The notes under the pieces are model-generated. The model searched no databases, had not been told where the DNA came from, and was given only the letters and a program-made list of their open reading frames with translations. Positions 37,243 to 46,826 of a stretch of DNA of 64,000 nt are shown one piece after another. The stretch's first letter is position 1; each line of letters starts with the position of its first letter. A program made the translations under genes and the position numbers. Origin of the DNA: a virus; the IMG/VR virus record IMGVR_UViG_3300045303_000172, positions 14,289-78,288 of that record; one strand, 5' to 3'.

Positions 37243-38283
37243 ATGAATATACCAACTGTGGCGATTTTACAAGGTGGCGCTTTGGATATTTTGAAAACGC
37301 TCCCATCAGAATCAGTGAACATGTGCGTCACGTCGCCGCCCTATTGGGGACTACGAGACTACGGGGTCGAGGGCCAGATCGGGCTTGAGGCAACCCCGGA
37401 GCTTTACGTAGCCAAACTCGTCGAAGTTTTCCGGGAAGTGCATCGGGTGCTGCGCGACGATGGAACACTCTGGCTTAACCTCGGAGACTCGTACGCCACT
37501 AAGCCATACGGCGACGGACACACGTTCGATCCAAAATACGGCGGACGCAATCGCGCCAACGGCTATCCGAATCGGCAATCCCAACCAGGACTGAAGCATA
37601 AAGACATGGTGGGAGTCCCGTGGATGGTGGCTTTTGCGCTGCGTTCAGATGGTTGGTGTCTCCGCTCGGAGATTACTTGGTGTAAGAAAGCGCCAATGCC
37701 GGAGTCGGTCACGGACCGGCCAACATCGGCAACGGAGAAGATTTTCCTGCTCACCAAGGGCGAGAGCTATTTTTACGATGCTGATGCTGTTCGGAATCCG
37801 CCAAGCGAAGCCATGCTCAAGCAGGTTTCCGAAGGATATGACGGGCACGCGACAAAGCTCTTTGAGACGAACGGAGTTCAGAATGCGAGCGACGTAAAAT
37901 CCCGCATCATCGAGAACGCTCGCAAACGCATCGACAAGCAGCGTGGACATTCCAGACGGCACAACGGTTTTAACGACCGATGGGATCATTTGAGCAAGCA
38001 GGAGCAGATGGCTTGCGGTTCAAACATGCGGAACTATTGGGTAATCGGACCTGATCCATGCAAGGACGCGCACTTTGCAACTTTCCCGAGTGAAATTCCA
38101 CGCCGCTGCATTCTGGCCGGATGCCCGGTTGGGGGTTTCGTGTTGGACCCGTTCGGCGGAAGCGGCACAACGGGCATGGTTGCGAAGGAGCTTGGCCGTA
38201 ACTCGGTTCTTATCGAATTAAACCCAGAATATGTGAAGCTGGCCAACAGCCGTTGCGATGTGACGGCTGGTTTAGGTCTTTGA
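37243..38283 (+). CDS. DNA N4-cytosine/N6-adenine methyltransferase (beta class)
   Basis: VTSPPYW, HFATFP, VLDPFGGSGTT, IELNPEY. Confidence 0.92.
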   Translation: MNIPTVAILQGGALDILKTLPSESVNMCVTSPPYWGLRDYGVEGQIGLEATPELYVAKLVEVFREVHRVLRDDGTLWLNLGDSYATKPYGDGHTFDPKYGGRNRANGYPNRQSQPGLKHKDMVGVPWMVAFALRSDGWCLRSEITWCKKAPMPESVTDRPTSATEKIFLLTKGESYFYDADAVRNPPSEAMLKQVSEGYDGHATKLFETNGVQNASDVKSRIIENARKRIDKQRGHSRRHNGFNDRWDHLSKQEQMACGSNMRNYWVIGPDPCKDAHFATFPSEIPRRCILAGCPVGGFVLDPFGGSGTTGMVAKELGRNSVLIELNPEYVKLANSRCDVTAGLGL

Positions 38284-38604
38284 TTTCTGACTGACGATCT
38301 TCAACAGCCTCGCCACCACCAACTCATGTCCTCTCCACGCGGCCCGTTTCCGGCGTCTGAACCAGTCGATGTGCTTTTTCGGGTGAAGTGGGTCCACACC
38401 ACAAGCCCCGGCAAAAGCGTCGATCAATTCTGGCTCCATACCTCGCCAGGACGTGCGCTCGGAGTATGAGTCGATCGTTCGGAGCCCTAACCCGCTTCGG
38501 TTTGCAATCTCGCGCCGGGTCATTGCGGCCCGCCCGCGGTGTTTCCGTGCGATAAGCCGGCAGAACACAGGCGGGCAACGGTCCAGGCGCTCCAGGAGGG
38601 TCAT
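38272..38604 (-). CDS. HTH-like protein
   Basis: MTRREIANRSGLGLRTI; ATGA coupling. Confidence 0.6.
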   Translation of the reverse strand: MTLLERLDRCPPVFCRLIARKHRGRAAMTRREIANRSGLGLRTIDSYSERTSWRGMEPELIDAFAGACGVDPLHPKKHIDWFRRRKRAAWRGHELVVARLLKIVSQKSKT

Positions 38605-38777
38605 TTTCGGAGCTTTGAAAGCGTCATGGCAAGCCTCGCACGGGCTCCGAGCTTGCCGCCCTTGGATGCGGCTGATTCCAGCGTTTTTTCGGGTATCGTG
38701 TGTCCCTTCCTGATGCCAAGGCTCTTCCTGAGGCTGCCCGCGTGTTTTATGGCCCCCTGGATCCAATGCTTTTTCAT
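38601..38777 (-). CDS. small basic phage protein (58 aa), absent from the ORF track
   Basis: Translated by hand: MKKHWIQGAIKHAGSLRKSLG...KLGARARLAMTLSKLRK; coupled on both sides. Confidence 0.75.
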   Translation of the reverse strand: MKKHWIQGAIKHAGSLRKSLGIRKGHTIPEKTLESAASKGGKLGARARLAMTLSKLRK

Positions 38778-38778
38778 G

Positions 38779-39348
38779 CTATTCCTCGCTTTTTCGTCCG
38801 CTGAACGTCCCAGCGAGCCCTCCGCGCGGTGGTGAACCGTTTGGAGCCGTCATCGGCATGGTTCTCGGTTTTGGCTTGTCCTCTCCGGTCTTCTCTGCGC
38901 GTTTTTTCCTTTCGGTCAGAAGATCCTGGTAATGTGAGATCGTCTCGAGAACCGAAAGCTTCTGTTTGACGAGCGAGGAAACAGTTTCGACGCGCCCCAT
39001 CTTCCGAATATCGCTGGTTTCCTTCTTCATCAGGGTTCGGGCCGTGTCCAGGGCGTCATTTATGTCCCGGAGAGCGAGTAAGAGCTCCAGGCGAACGGTT
39101 TCGTCCGGGTCGGCCTCTTTGTAGGAGGAAAGAAGCATGTAATCACGGAGGCTCTTCTCGTACTTCTCAATTTCATCTTTGCGCCGCTTCGCCCAATACT
39201 TCTGCTTCCCTTTTTTTGAGAGTGCGTCCCACCGTTCACTCTCTTCAATGTCCTTCAGTAGCGATGGTGGCGGAGCAGAAAGAGGTGGAAGTTTTACTTT
39301 TTCCTCCGGCGCCGTAGATTCTGGAGCTACTTCGGACTCATCAGGCAT
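38779..39348 (-). CDS. helical protein, terminase small subunit candidate
   Basis: Charged coiled-coil ORF near terL; function inferred only. Confidence 0.45.
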   Translation of the reverse strand: MPDESEVAPESTAPEEKVKLPPLSAPPPSLLKDIEESERWDALSKKGKQKYWAKRRKDEIEKYEKSLRDYMLLSSYKEADPDETVRLELLLALRDINDALDTARTLMKKETSDIRKMGRVETVSSLVKQKLSVLETISHYQDLLTERKKRAEKTGEDKPKPRTMPMTAPNGSPPRGGLAGTFSGRKSEE

Positions 39349-39781
39349 TTTGGGCCTCTTTCAATGTTCTCCGTGGAGCAATTTGCGCTCGTGGCCACGC
39401 TACGTCGAGCATTTTAGCCCAATCCACGCCCATCTCGCCGTCAGTTCTCTCCCAGAGCCAGCACTCGGCCGACGGGCTGGATGCCTTGAGCGGTAGAAAA
39501 CACCCGCAACCGAGAGGTTCTTCGACATTACCCCGCTCGTACGTCTCCCCGAGCTTCCCACAAGCCCTTCTGCGCCGGTCGTAGAGCTCGCATCGCTGGC
39601 AGCCGCGCATCCGTTTCCACCAGGTGCTCCCCGGACCGCGTTCAACCTTGCACTGAGGCAAGAGCGCAGCCAGTATCTTCGGCGCGGTCCTCCACTTAAC
39701 TCTGCCGGTCAATCTCCACTCATTCCAAAACGAGGAGGTGAGGGTTGACGCGAAGAGAAGGAATCGTCGGACGCGCTTCAT
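39341..39781 (-). CDS. Cys-rich putative zinc-binding protein
   Basis: RMRGCQRC...AC...CGCFLPLK...CW. Confidence 0.6.
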   Translation of the reverse strand: MKRVRRFLLFASTLTSSFWNEWRLTGRVKWRTAPKILAALLPQCKVERGPGSTWWKRMRGCQRCELYDRRRRACGKLGETYERGNVEEPLGCGCFLPLKASSPSAECWLWERTDGEMGVDWAKMLDVAWPRAQIAPRRTLKEAQNA

Positions 39782-39946
39782 GAGGGAGCTTGACACTGAT
39801 CGCTGCCTATGGGAAGGTCGCAGTGCGCCGATAACGACTGTGATCACAATCCGATATTCCGATCCTCCCCTGCGGGTTCTTTCTCGTTTCTCCCGATTCG
39901 AGACTCGTTTTCCCGGCGCCAGGGGAGAATCGGACTATTGGATTGT

Positions 39947-40354
39947 GTGAGCCTTTACGTTCGTCTTTACGTCACGTTCTTCTCTCACCGCAAGACGCGC
40001 CAACTCCGATCCGTTATCGGTGACGCCGCTTTCTCCAAGTATTCGGATGACGACATTGCCGAATTCATCGGCTATCGCGGGGACGCTCCCGCTATGGTTA
40101 AGGCACTCGTTGACGTTGGCTTCCTGGACGTTGACGGCAAGATCCATGATTGGGTTGAACACGCCGGATACCACGAGTTCTACGCCGCCCGGGCAAGGAG
40201 GGCAGCGAACGCAAAATGGAAGAAGGCGAAGGCCTACGCTAAAGCCGAATCAAATGGCACTCCCGTAAGCTCAGATAGCAGAGCTGAGTTGATCCCTGGA
40301 GCTGATCTGAAAAGAGCCAAGCAGTGCCTAAAGCAGTCATCAAGTAATGCTTGA
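39947..40354 (+). CDS. replication-initiator-N-terminal-like (wHTH) protein
   Basis: HRKT..L...LVDVGFLD...IHDW.EH. Confidence 0.55.
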   Translation: MSLYVRLYVTFFSHRKTRQLRSVIGDAAFSKYSDDDIAEFIGYRGDAPAMVKALVDVGFLDVDGKIHDWVEHAGYHEFYAARARRAANAKWKKAKAYAKAESNGTPVSSDSRAELIPGADLKRAKQCLKQSSSNA

Positions 40355-40393
40355 AGCATCCGTTAAGCATAACCACAACATAGTAAACCACAT

Positions 40394-41284
40394 ATGAGAG
40401 TAAAAATACACCACCTCGCAGAACTGTTCCCGATAATGGGAGCCGACGAAGTAAAAAAGCTCGCGGAGTCCATCGCTGAACACGGATTACACCACCCAAT
40501 CACCACCTTCGAAGGCAAGATTCTGGACGGTCGCCAACGGCATGAGGCGTGCGATCTCGCCGGGGTTAAGCCTCGGTTTGTTGAGTACAGGGGCACCAAC
40601 CCTCTGGAGTTTGTGATCTCGGCAAACCTTCATCGTAGGCACCTCGACGCGTCGCAACGAGCCCTTATTGCCGCTAAGATCGCTGACTTAAAACAGGGTG
40701 AGGCTGGTCGCCAAACCGCAAATTTGCGGTTTAGTGAAAACGGGGCAATTCCTGCAAAAACGCACGAAGAAGCAGCTGAAATGATGGGAGTCTCACGGCG
40801 CTCGGTTGATACGGCCAGCAAGGTTCTTGACGCCGCCCCTCCGAAAGTAATCGCCAAAGTGGAAGCCGGGCAAATCAGCATCACTGCCGCTGCGAGCGGA
40901 GTTAAGGCGAAAGAAAAAGCAAAAGACCCAATCGTTGACGTGTTCGGCAAGGCGATACCGGAGCCGCTACAAGCTGTCTGGGCTCGCCGCGGAGAAATCC
41001 TTGAACTGATGAAGGGTGCTGCGAAGCTGATGAGCCAGATCAATCAGGCGCGCGCGGAGAATGACGAGTTATTCGCTGGGACGGAATTCTCGGATGCCGT
41101 TGTCGATCTGGGCCAAGCCCATACACACCTGCGCTCCGCGCAACTCTGGTGCCTCTGTCCTTACTGCCAAGGCCGGTCACGCGAGAAGTGCACGTTCTGC
41201 AAGAAGCGCGGTTTCGTCAGCAAGGACAAATACGAACTCGTGCCAGAGGAACTGAGGCTGATCAATGAAAGGGTCAAGAAGTGA
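40394..41284 (+). CDS. ParB/Srx-like domain protein with HTH and C-terminal Zn finger
   Basis: HHLAELFP...ILDGRQR..AC...SANLHRRHL..SQRA; CPYC/CTFC. Confidence 0.85.
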   Translation: MRVKIHHLAELFPIMGADEVKKLAESIAEHGLHHPITTFEGKILDGRQRHEACDLAGVKPRFVEYRGTNPLEFVISANLHRRHLDASQRALIAAKIADLKQGEAGRQTANLRFSENGAIPAKTHEEAAEMMGVSRRSVDTASKVLDAAPPKVIAKVEAGQISITAAASGVKAKEKAKDPIVDVFGKAIPEPLQAVWARRGEILELMKGAAKLMSQINQARAENDELFAGTEFSDAVVDLGQAHTHLRSAQLWCLCPYCQGRSREKCTFCKKRGFVSKDKYELVPEELRLINERVKK

Positions 41285-43002
41285 ACTTGCGCCCGTACCA
41301 GCACGAAGCGGTAAACTGCTGCTTCGAGCGATGGAAAGAGGACACCAGCACGCTGGTTGTTGTGCCGACCGGAGGGGGAAAGACTCAAATCTTCTCCGAG
41401 GTTATCCGGAGATTCCTGCCTCAACGCGCCCTGGTGCTCGCCCACCGGGAGGAATTGATCTTTCAAGCCAAGGACCGGATCGAGCGCATTGCCGCTGTTG
41501 AATGCCAGGTTGAGATGGCCGATCTGACAGCTTCGAACGACCTTTTCCAGAGAAGCCCTTGCGTTGTCTCGACGGTTCAGACTCTTCACAAGCGGCTGGC
41601 GAGATTCGATCCAATGTCTTTCGGGCTCGTCATCGTTGACGAGGCCCACCATGGCACGGCCAGCTCTTACGTGAAGATTCTGGAGCATTTCAAGCAGAAC
41701 ACCGACCTGCGGATTCTCGGCGTGACGGCCACCCCTGACCGGGCCGACGAAGAGGCTCTTGGTCAAATCTTCGATTCCGTCGCTTTCGATTATGAAATCC
41801 TGGACGCGATCAACGACGGGTGGCTCGTGCCGGTCGATCAGCAGTTCGTGCGCGTCGAGGATCTGGACTTCTCGAACATCAGGACGACGGACAGGGACCT
41901 GAACGGAGTCGATCTGGCGCGCCTCATGGAAGCTGAGGAAAACCTGCAAGGCGTGTGCGGCAGTTCCATCAACATCATCGGCAATCGCCAGTCCATCCTC
42001 TTTGCCGCATCGGTGAAGCACGCGGAAATGGCCTGTGAGATTTTCAATCGCCATCGGCCAGGAATGGCCACATTCGTTTGCGGGGCTACAGACAAGGAGA
42101 CGCGCCGGGAACGCATTGCCGCATTCAAGGCCAGAGAAGTGCAGGTTCTATGCAACGTCGGAATTGCCACCGAGGGAAGCGACTTCCCGGACGTTGCCGT
42201 AATCCTGATGGGGCGCCCCACCAAGAGCCGAAGTCTTTACGCCCAGATGGCCGGCAGGGCACTGAGGCCACTCACGGGACTCGTGGATTGCTTTGATGAA
42301 GCCGAAGCGCGTAAGTCGGCCATCGCTGGATCAACCAAGCCTTCCGCCCTCCTGGTGGACTTCGTTGGGAACAGCGGCAAGCACAAGCTGATGACGAGCA
42401 TCGACATTCTCGGAGGTAAGGTAAGCGACGAAGCAGCCGAGCGTGCGTTGGCGAAGGCTCAGAAGGAGAAGGGCCAAGTCCGAATGGTTGATGTGCTCGA
42501 AGAGGCCGAGGAGGAACTGCGGCGAGAAAAGGAAGCTCGACGATTGGCTGAAGAAGCGCGTCGTGCGCGAGTGGTCGCCAAAGTCCAATACTCAACACGC
42601 AAGGTTAATCCGTTCGACGTGCTGGACATCACGCCAGTTAAAGAGCGCGGGTGGGACTCGAATAAAAAACTCAGCGAGAAGCAACTCGCTGTTCTTTTGA
42701 AGAATGGAATCGACGGCACCCAGATGCCGTACAGCCAAGGGAAACAACTGGTAGACCAAATCTTTGGACGTTGGGGAGGAAAGCTTGCCACGTTCAAGCA
42801 GTGCTCACTACTCAAGAAGCACTACCCGGAGATAAACGTCAAAAACCTCAGCATGAAGGAGGCAGGTGGAATGATCGACGCGCTCGCAAAGAACGGATGG
42901 CGACGTGTAACCCCGCCGCCTCAAAAGCCCACTCCAGCACCACCTCCGCCGTCGGAGGATTCGCCACCGCCGTCGCATTACGACTCAGATCCACCGTTCT
43001 GA
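41281..43002 (+). CDS. superfamily 2 DEAH-box helicase
   Basis: PTGGGKT, DEAHH, TATP, QMAGRALR. Confidence 0.92.
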   Translation: MNLRPYQHEAVNCCFERWKEDTSTLVVVPTGGGKTQIFSEVIRRFLPQRALVLAHREELIFQAKDRIERIAAVECQVEMADLTASNDLFQRSPCVVSTVQTLHKRLARFDPMSFGLVIVDEAHHGTASSYVKILEHFKQNTDLRILGVTATPDRADEEALGQIFDSVAFDYEILDAINDGWLVPVDQQFVRVEDLDFSNIRTTDRDLNGVDLARLMEAEENLQGVCGSSINIIGNRQSILFAASVKHAEMACEIFNRHRPGMATFVCGATDKETRRERIAAFKAREVQVLCNVGIATEGSDFPDVAVILMGRPTKSRSLYAQMAGRALRPLTGLVDCFDEAEARKSAIAGSTKPSALLVDFVGNSGKHKLMTSIDILGGKVSDEAAERALAKAQKEKGQVRMVDVLEEAEEELRREKEARRLAEEARRARVVAKVQYSTRKVNPFDVLDITPVKERGWDSNKKLSEKQLAVLLKNGIDGTQMPYSQGKQLVDQIFGRWGGKLATFKQCSLLKKHYPEINVKNLSMKEAGGMIDALAKNGWRRVTPPPQKPTPAPPPPSEDSPPPSHYDSDPPF

Positions 43003-43003
43003 T

Positions 43004-43792
43004 ATGAGCACAGGATGGATACGGGTGACCCGCAAGCAACCGTGCGCGCAATGCGGCAAGCCAGACTGGTGTACTTGGCACCCGGAAATCGGATCGTGCT
43101 GTATGCGAATCGCCAACAACCACCCAATGCACAACGGTGGTTGGCTCTACAAAGAGGGTGCAAAGCCCGGTGTCGTTGTCCCAGTGCCAGTGAAGGAAGT
43201 TCACCATATCAACGCCACGGCCATCATGCGCCAGTGGAGTGAGAAGACAGACCCGGATCGAGTTTTTGAATTCTCCAATAGCCTTGGGGTTTCGGTGTGG
43301 TCGCTGCTCGATTTAGGTATCGCGTGGTCCCCCCAATATAACGCTTGGGCATTCCCGATGAAGGACGCCCATGGAAGCACCATCGGGATTAGGCTCCGCA
43401 GCGATACCCACAAGTGGGCCGTTACCGGCAGTCGAGCTGGGCTTTTCTTTGGAAAAGAGAAAGCGGCAAAGATGACCTGCGTCTGCGAAGGCCCGACCGA
43501 CGCGAGCGCGGCAATCACGATGGGGCTCGAATGTGTCGGACGGTCGTCGTGCCAAGGCCAGGAACAGATGCTCTGTGAACGGTTGAGGAAATCGCATCGC
43601 GTGCTGATCATTTCAGACAACGATGACGCGGGACAGCGCGGGGCTGAGCGATTGCAGGCTATGCTCAAATGTCCTAGCCTGATATGGTTTCCCCCGTGCA
43701 AAGACCTTCGCGAGTTTGTTGGAATGGGCGGCACATTGCCGCTGCTGGAATCTCTGATTAAACCCATGGTATGGACTGTTCCAAAAGTGTGA
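43004..43792 (+). CDS. Zn-finger/TOPRIM primase
   Basis: CAQCGKPDWC, CEGPTD, SDNDDAG, KDLRE. Confidence 0.85.
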   Translation: MSTGWIRVTRKQPCAQCGKPDWCTWHPEIGSCCMRIANNHPMHNGGWLYKEGAKPGVVVPVPVKEVHHINATAIMRQWSEKTDPDRVFEFSNSLGVSVWSLLDLGIAWSPQYNAWAFPMKDAHGSTIGIRLRSDTHKWAVTGSRAGLFFGKEKAAKMTCVCEGPTDASAAITMGLECVGRSSCQGQEQMLCERLRKSHRVLIISDNDDAGQRGAERLQAMLKCPSLIWFPPCKDLREFVGMGGTLPLLESLIKPMVWTVPKV

Positions 43793-43793
43793 T

Positions 43794-44588
43794 ATGAGCA
43801 AAGAAACAAACATCTCCTGGACGGATCACACTTTTAACATCATCTGGGGTTGTTCGCGCTACAGTCCAGGCTGCGCGAAATGCTATGCAGAAGCTCTTGC
43901 CGCGCGTTGGGCATTTGAAATCTGGGGAGTGGGTGCCGCACGGCGAACTTTCGGCGAAAAATATTGGCACGCTCCGATTGTGTGGAACGAGCAGGCATTG
44001 AGAGAAGGAAGGCGCCACCGAGTTTTCTCTTCTTCGATGGGTGACATCTTCGAAGATCATCCAACCGTCGCGCAGGAACGCGCAAAGCTCTGGCCGCTCA
44101 TTCGAGATACGCCATGGCTGGATTGGCAACTCCTAACCAAACGAGCCGAACGCATTCAGGAATGTCTTCCGGCTGACTGGGGTCCGCACGGCTACCCAAA
44201 TGTTTGGATGGGCGTCAGTGTCGAGAACCAGGAGTGGGCGGAAAAGCGGATTCCGTTTCTCCTCCGAGTGAATGTGCCGGTTCGATTCCTCAGCGCCGAG
44301 CCTCTGCTTGGGTCGATCCAGTTTACAACGATTTGCGGGCTCTCGTTTAATCGCAATCCAGATCACTCGATGGCGAGGAAGGATGGTGCCGGAATAGGGT
44401 GGGTAATCTTCGGCGGCGAGAGTGGATCTGGACACCGCCCTTGTGACCCGGCATGGATCGAAAGCGGCGTGAGGCAATGCCGCGCGGCTGGCGTGCCTGC
44501 CTTCGTGAAGCAGGATGGCGGCCAAAAACCAGGGCAGCAAGGATGGCTCAGCGACGAGCTTTTCAACACGAAGGAGTTTCCGCTATGA
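43794..44588 (+). CDS. DUF5131 (phage Gp37/Gp68) family protein
   Basis: ISWTDHTFN...GC...SPGCAKCYA...LLTKR...SAEPLLG...WVIFGGESG. Confidence 0.9.
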   Translation: MSKETNISWTDHTFNIIWGCSRYSPGCAKCYAEALAARWAFEIWGVGAARRTFGEKYWHAPIVWNEQALREGRRHRVFSSSMGDIFEDHPTVAQERAKLWPLIRDTPWLDWQLLTKRAERIQECLPADWGPHGYPNVWMGVSVENQEWAEKRIPFLLRVNVPVRFLSAEPLLGSIQFTTICGLSFNRNPDHSMARKDGAGIGWVIFGGESGSGHRPCDPAWIESGVRQCRAAGVPAFVKQDGGQKPGQQGWLSDELFNTKEFPL

Positions 44589-44801
44589 AGGAGGATTACG
44601 GACACGGCTGTTACGAGGATGAGCACGGCAAGCTCCACTTGAGCATTCCTGGCATTCTGGAAGCTCTTGGGCGGCCCGGACGGACCAGAAACCCGCGAGT
44701 TGCTTTTAGAATTGATCGAGGAAGGCATGAATGAAAACGCTCCTGGAGCTACACTCATCGTCAAAGACTCTAACAAAAATGAGATCGTCTGCTGCCATTG
44801 A
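44585..44801 (+). pseudogene. small gene apparently split by a +1 frameshift near 44675
   Basis: Removing one base from GGCCCGG gives a continuous MKEDYG...LEALGRPDGPETRELLLELIEEG...CCH*. Confidence 0.45.
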
Positions 44802-44845
44802 AGATTTCGCTTTACAGCCGTCAACTGTCGATTACAGTAGATCGC

Positions 44846-45013
44846 ATGAATAAACCAACCAAGCAGAAACGCGGATTTGCCGTAATGAGTCTTGAACAGC
44901 GCACAGCCATCGCCCGCATGGGCGGCAAGAAAGTGTCCAGTGGGCCGAAAGGCCGCAAGTTCATGTCTCGGATCGGCAAAGTCGGCGGCGCTGCCATTCA
45001 CAACGCGAAGTAA
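44846..45013 (+). CDS. KGG-repeat (general stress protein-like) small basic protein
   Basis: RGFAVMSLEQRTAIARMGG...MSRIGKVGG. Confidence 0.75.
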   Translation: MNKPTKQKRGFAVMSLEQRTAIARMGGKKVSSGPKGRKFMSRIGKVGGAAIHNAK

Positions 45014-45037
45014 ACCGCAGTCGAAGAAAGGAACGTT

Positions 45038-45343
45038 CTGAACATCATCGAGTCCTTAAACCTGATCCGCAAGGGCAAGCTCGTTATCGACGCCCAGGAA
45101 AAGCTGCAAACGCTCGTCAAGGCGTGCAGCGAGACTGGCAAGAAAGGGAAGCTTGTCATCACCCTGTCTGTTGGCGCTGCCGAGGAAGAGACAGTTGCTA
45201 TCAGCGGGCGTGTGCAGATCACTGCACCGGAGCCTTCGACCGCGAGCACGGTATTTTACACCGACAAGACCGGCGCACTTTTCCGCGACGATCCCAATCA
45301 ACCCGAACTTCCTGAAATCGCCCGCATGACCCAGGCGCAGTAA
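45038..45343 (+). CDS. conserved DUF2303-partner protein with a CTG start, absent from the ORF track
   Basis: TGKKGKLVITL...FYTDKTGALFRDDPNQPEL; AAGGA 5 nt before CTG; in-frame TAA at 45011. Confidence 0.7.
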   Translation: MNIIESLNLIRKGKLVIDAQEKLQTLVKACSETGKKGKLVITLSVGAAEEETVAISGRVQITAPEPSTASTVFYTDKTGALFRDDPNQPELPEIARMTQAQ

Positions 45344-45378
45344 ACCATCGCCACCCACACTTAACACTCGTCCAAATT

Positions 45379-46176
45379 ATGCCCAACAAAGAAGACATTG
45401 AAGCCTTAGAGGAAATCATCGCCAGAGGCCAAGATGTAGACACTGCTGCCGAAGGTGCCCAGCCATTTGTCATCATCCAAAAGGATAGCAAAGTCGGACT
45501 CCTTGAGGACACCCTGATTCGGCCGAGCCGGAAGAAAGGCTCTCCGAATTTTATCAAGTCGGAATCGTTCTGCGCTTACGTGAACCAGCAGAAAACGCCT
45601 AATTCGCGTCTCTATGTGACATGCCCGACGAACATTGTCGCCGTGCTTAATCACCACGGACAAGGAGGCCCTGGATGGGCTGATCACCGGGCGCAATTCA
45701 CGCTCACCCAAACGCCCGAGTGGACGACATGGAAAAACAGCAATGGAAAGGCGATGGATCAGCGGACCTTTGCCCAGTTCATCGACGACAACAGCGAGGA
45801 TATTGCCGGTCAGAGCGATGCTTCGCTTCTGGAACTAATCCGCACCATCAAGGCCAGCCAGCAGCTTGAGATCACCGGGGAAATCGATGAGAAGAACGAC
45901 GTCGCCGGGTCTTCATTCAAACTCGCCGCACGAACCAAAGCGGGCGCGAAGGATGACGTTGAACTTCCTGGAGAATTCGCGCTGAGCATCGCGCCGTACG
46001 AAGGCGGCGAAAAGATTGCCGTTCGAGCACGTCTCAGGATTGAGATCCGAGCGCCAAAGTTTTTACTCAACTACGACCTCGTAAAGATCCAGAAGATCGA
46101 GCGCGAGGCATTGGAAGGCATCGTGAAAACGGTTGCCAATGCGGTGGAAATGGAACCTTGGTTTGGAACACCGTGA
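45379..46176 (+). CDS. DUF2303 (YfdQ-like) protein
   Basis: SFCAYVN...AVLNHH...WADHRA...EW..W...MDQ..FAQFIDDN...IAPYEG...ARLR. Confidence 0.85.
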   Translation: MPNKEDIEALEEIIARGQDVDTAAEGAQPFVIIQKDSKVGLLEDTLIRPSRKKGSPNFIKSESFCAYVNQQKTPNSRLYVTCPTNIVAVLNHHGQGGPGWADHRAQFTLTQTPEWTTWKNSNGKAMDQRTFAQFIDDNSEDIAGQSDASLLELIRTIKASQQLEITGEIDEKNDVAGSSFKLAARTKAGAKDDVELPGEFALSIAPYEGGEKIAVRARLRIEIRAPKFLLNYDLVKIQKIEREALEGIVKTVANAVEMEPWFGTP

Positions 46177-46179
46177 GTT

Positions 46180-46455
46180 ATGCCAATCACCTACGAAAGA
46201 TCGTATAAGGCCAGCGACGGGAATTGCTACGCCACGTTAGCTGAAGCGCAAGAAGTAGAAATTAAATTGCTGCTCGAAGAGGCGGAAGATTTCAAACTTG
46301 CTCCTGGAACTGCCGAGGTAATCGTCGCTAACAAGGACGCCATCGTGAACATTCTCACGCTCAACGATTCCTCGCGTCCGAAAGCTCGCGGGTCAAAGAA
46401 GCCGAGAAAGAAGATCGAGCCACCCGCTCAAGCTGAGCTTCCGAAGGTGGCATGA
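46180..46455 (+). CDS. hypothetical protein
   Basis: Coupled ORF. Confidence 0.6.
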   Translation: MPITYERSYKASDGNCYATLAEAQEVEIKLLLEEAEDFKLAPGTAEVIVANKDAIVNILTLNDSSRPKARGSKKPRKKIEPPAQAELPKVA

Positions 46456-46826
46456 CCACCGAAGAACTTAAACGCCTGTTTCCGAATGCCAGCCGATCCA
46501 CCATCGCCAGAAATCGTTCTGCTGTGGGTGCCGTGGTGCCCGCCGAGCGAGAACTTGATACGCCGTCGCCATTGGTCCCAAAACGCCAAGTGCGACAACG
46601 AGGCAAAGGCCGCGCTCAGATCATCGTTACGCTCGTCGCCTGCCGACACCGCGAGATTGATGACGATAACAGCGCGGCTGGCTTCAAGCCGCTGCGCGAC
46701 GAAATCGCCAAAGTCTTAGGCGTGGACGACGCGGACGGGCGAGTGCAATTCCGATACGGTCAGGTTGAGTGCGTTGGCCAGCAGGGCTCGATTGTCAAAA
46801 TCGAGACGGTTAATGCCCCGGCGTGA
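46452..46826 (+). CDS. RusA-like Holliday junction resolvase
   Basis: IDDDN...KPLRDEIA...GVDD. Confidence 0.65.
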   Translation: MTTEELKRLFPNASRSTIARNRSAVGAVVPAERELDTPSPLVPKRQVRQRGKGRAQIIVTLVACRHREIDDDNSAAGFKPLRDEIAKVLGVDDADGRVQFRYGQVECVGQQGSIVKIETVNAPA

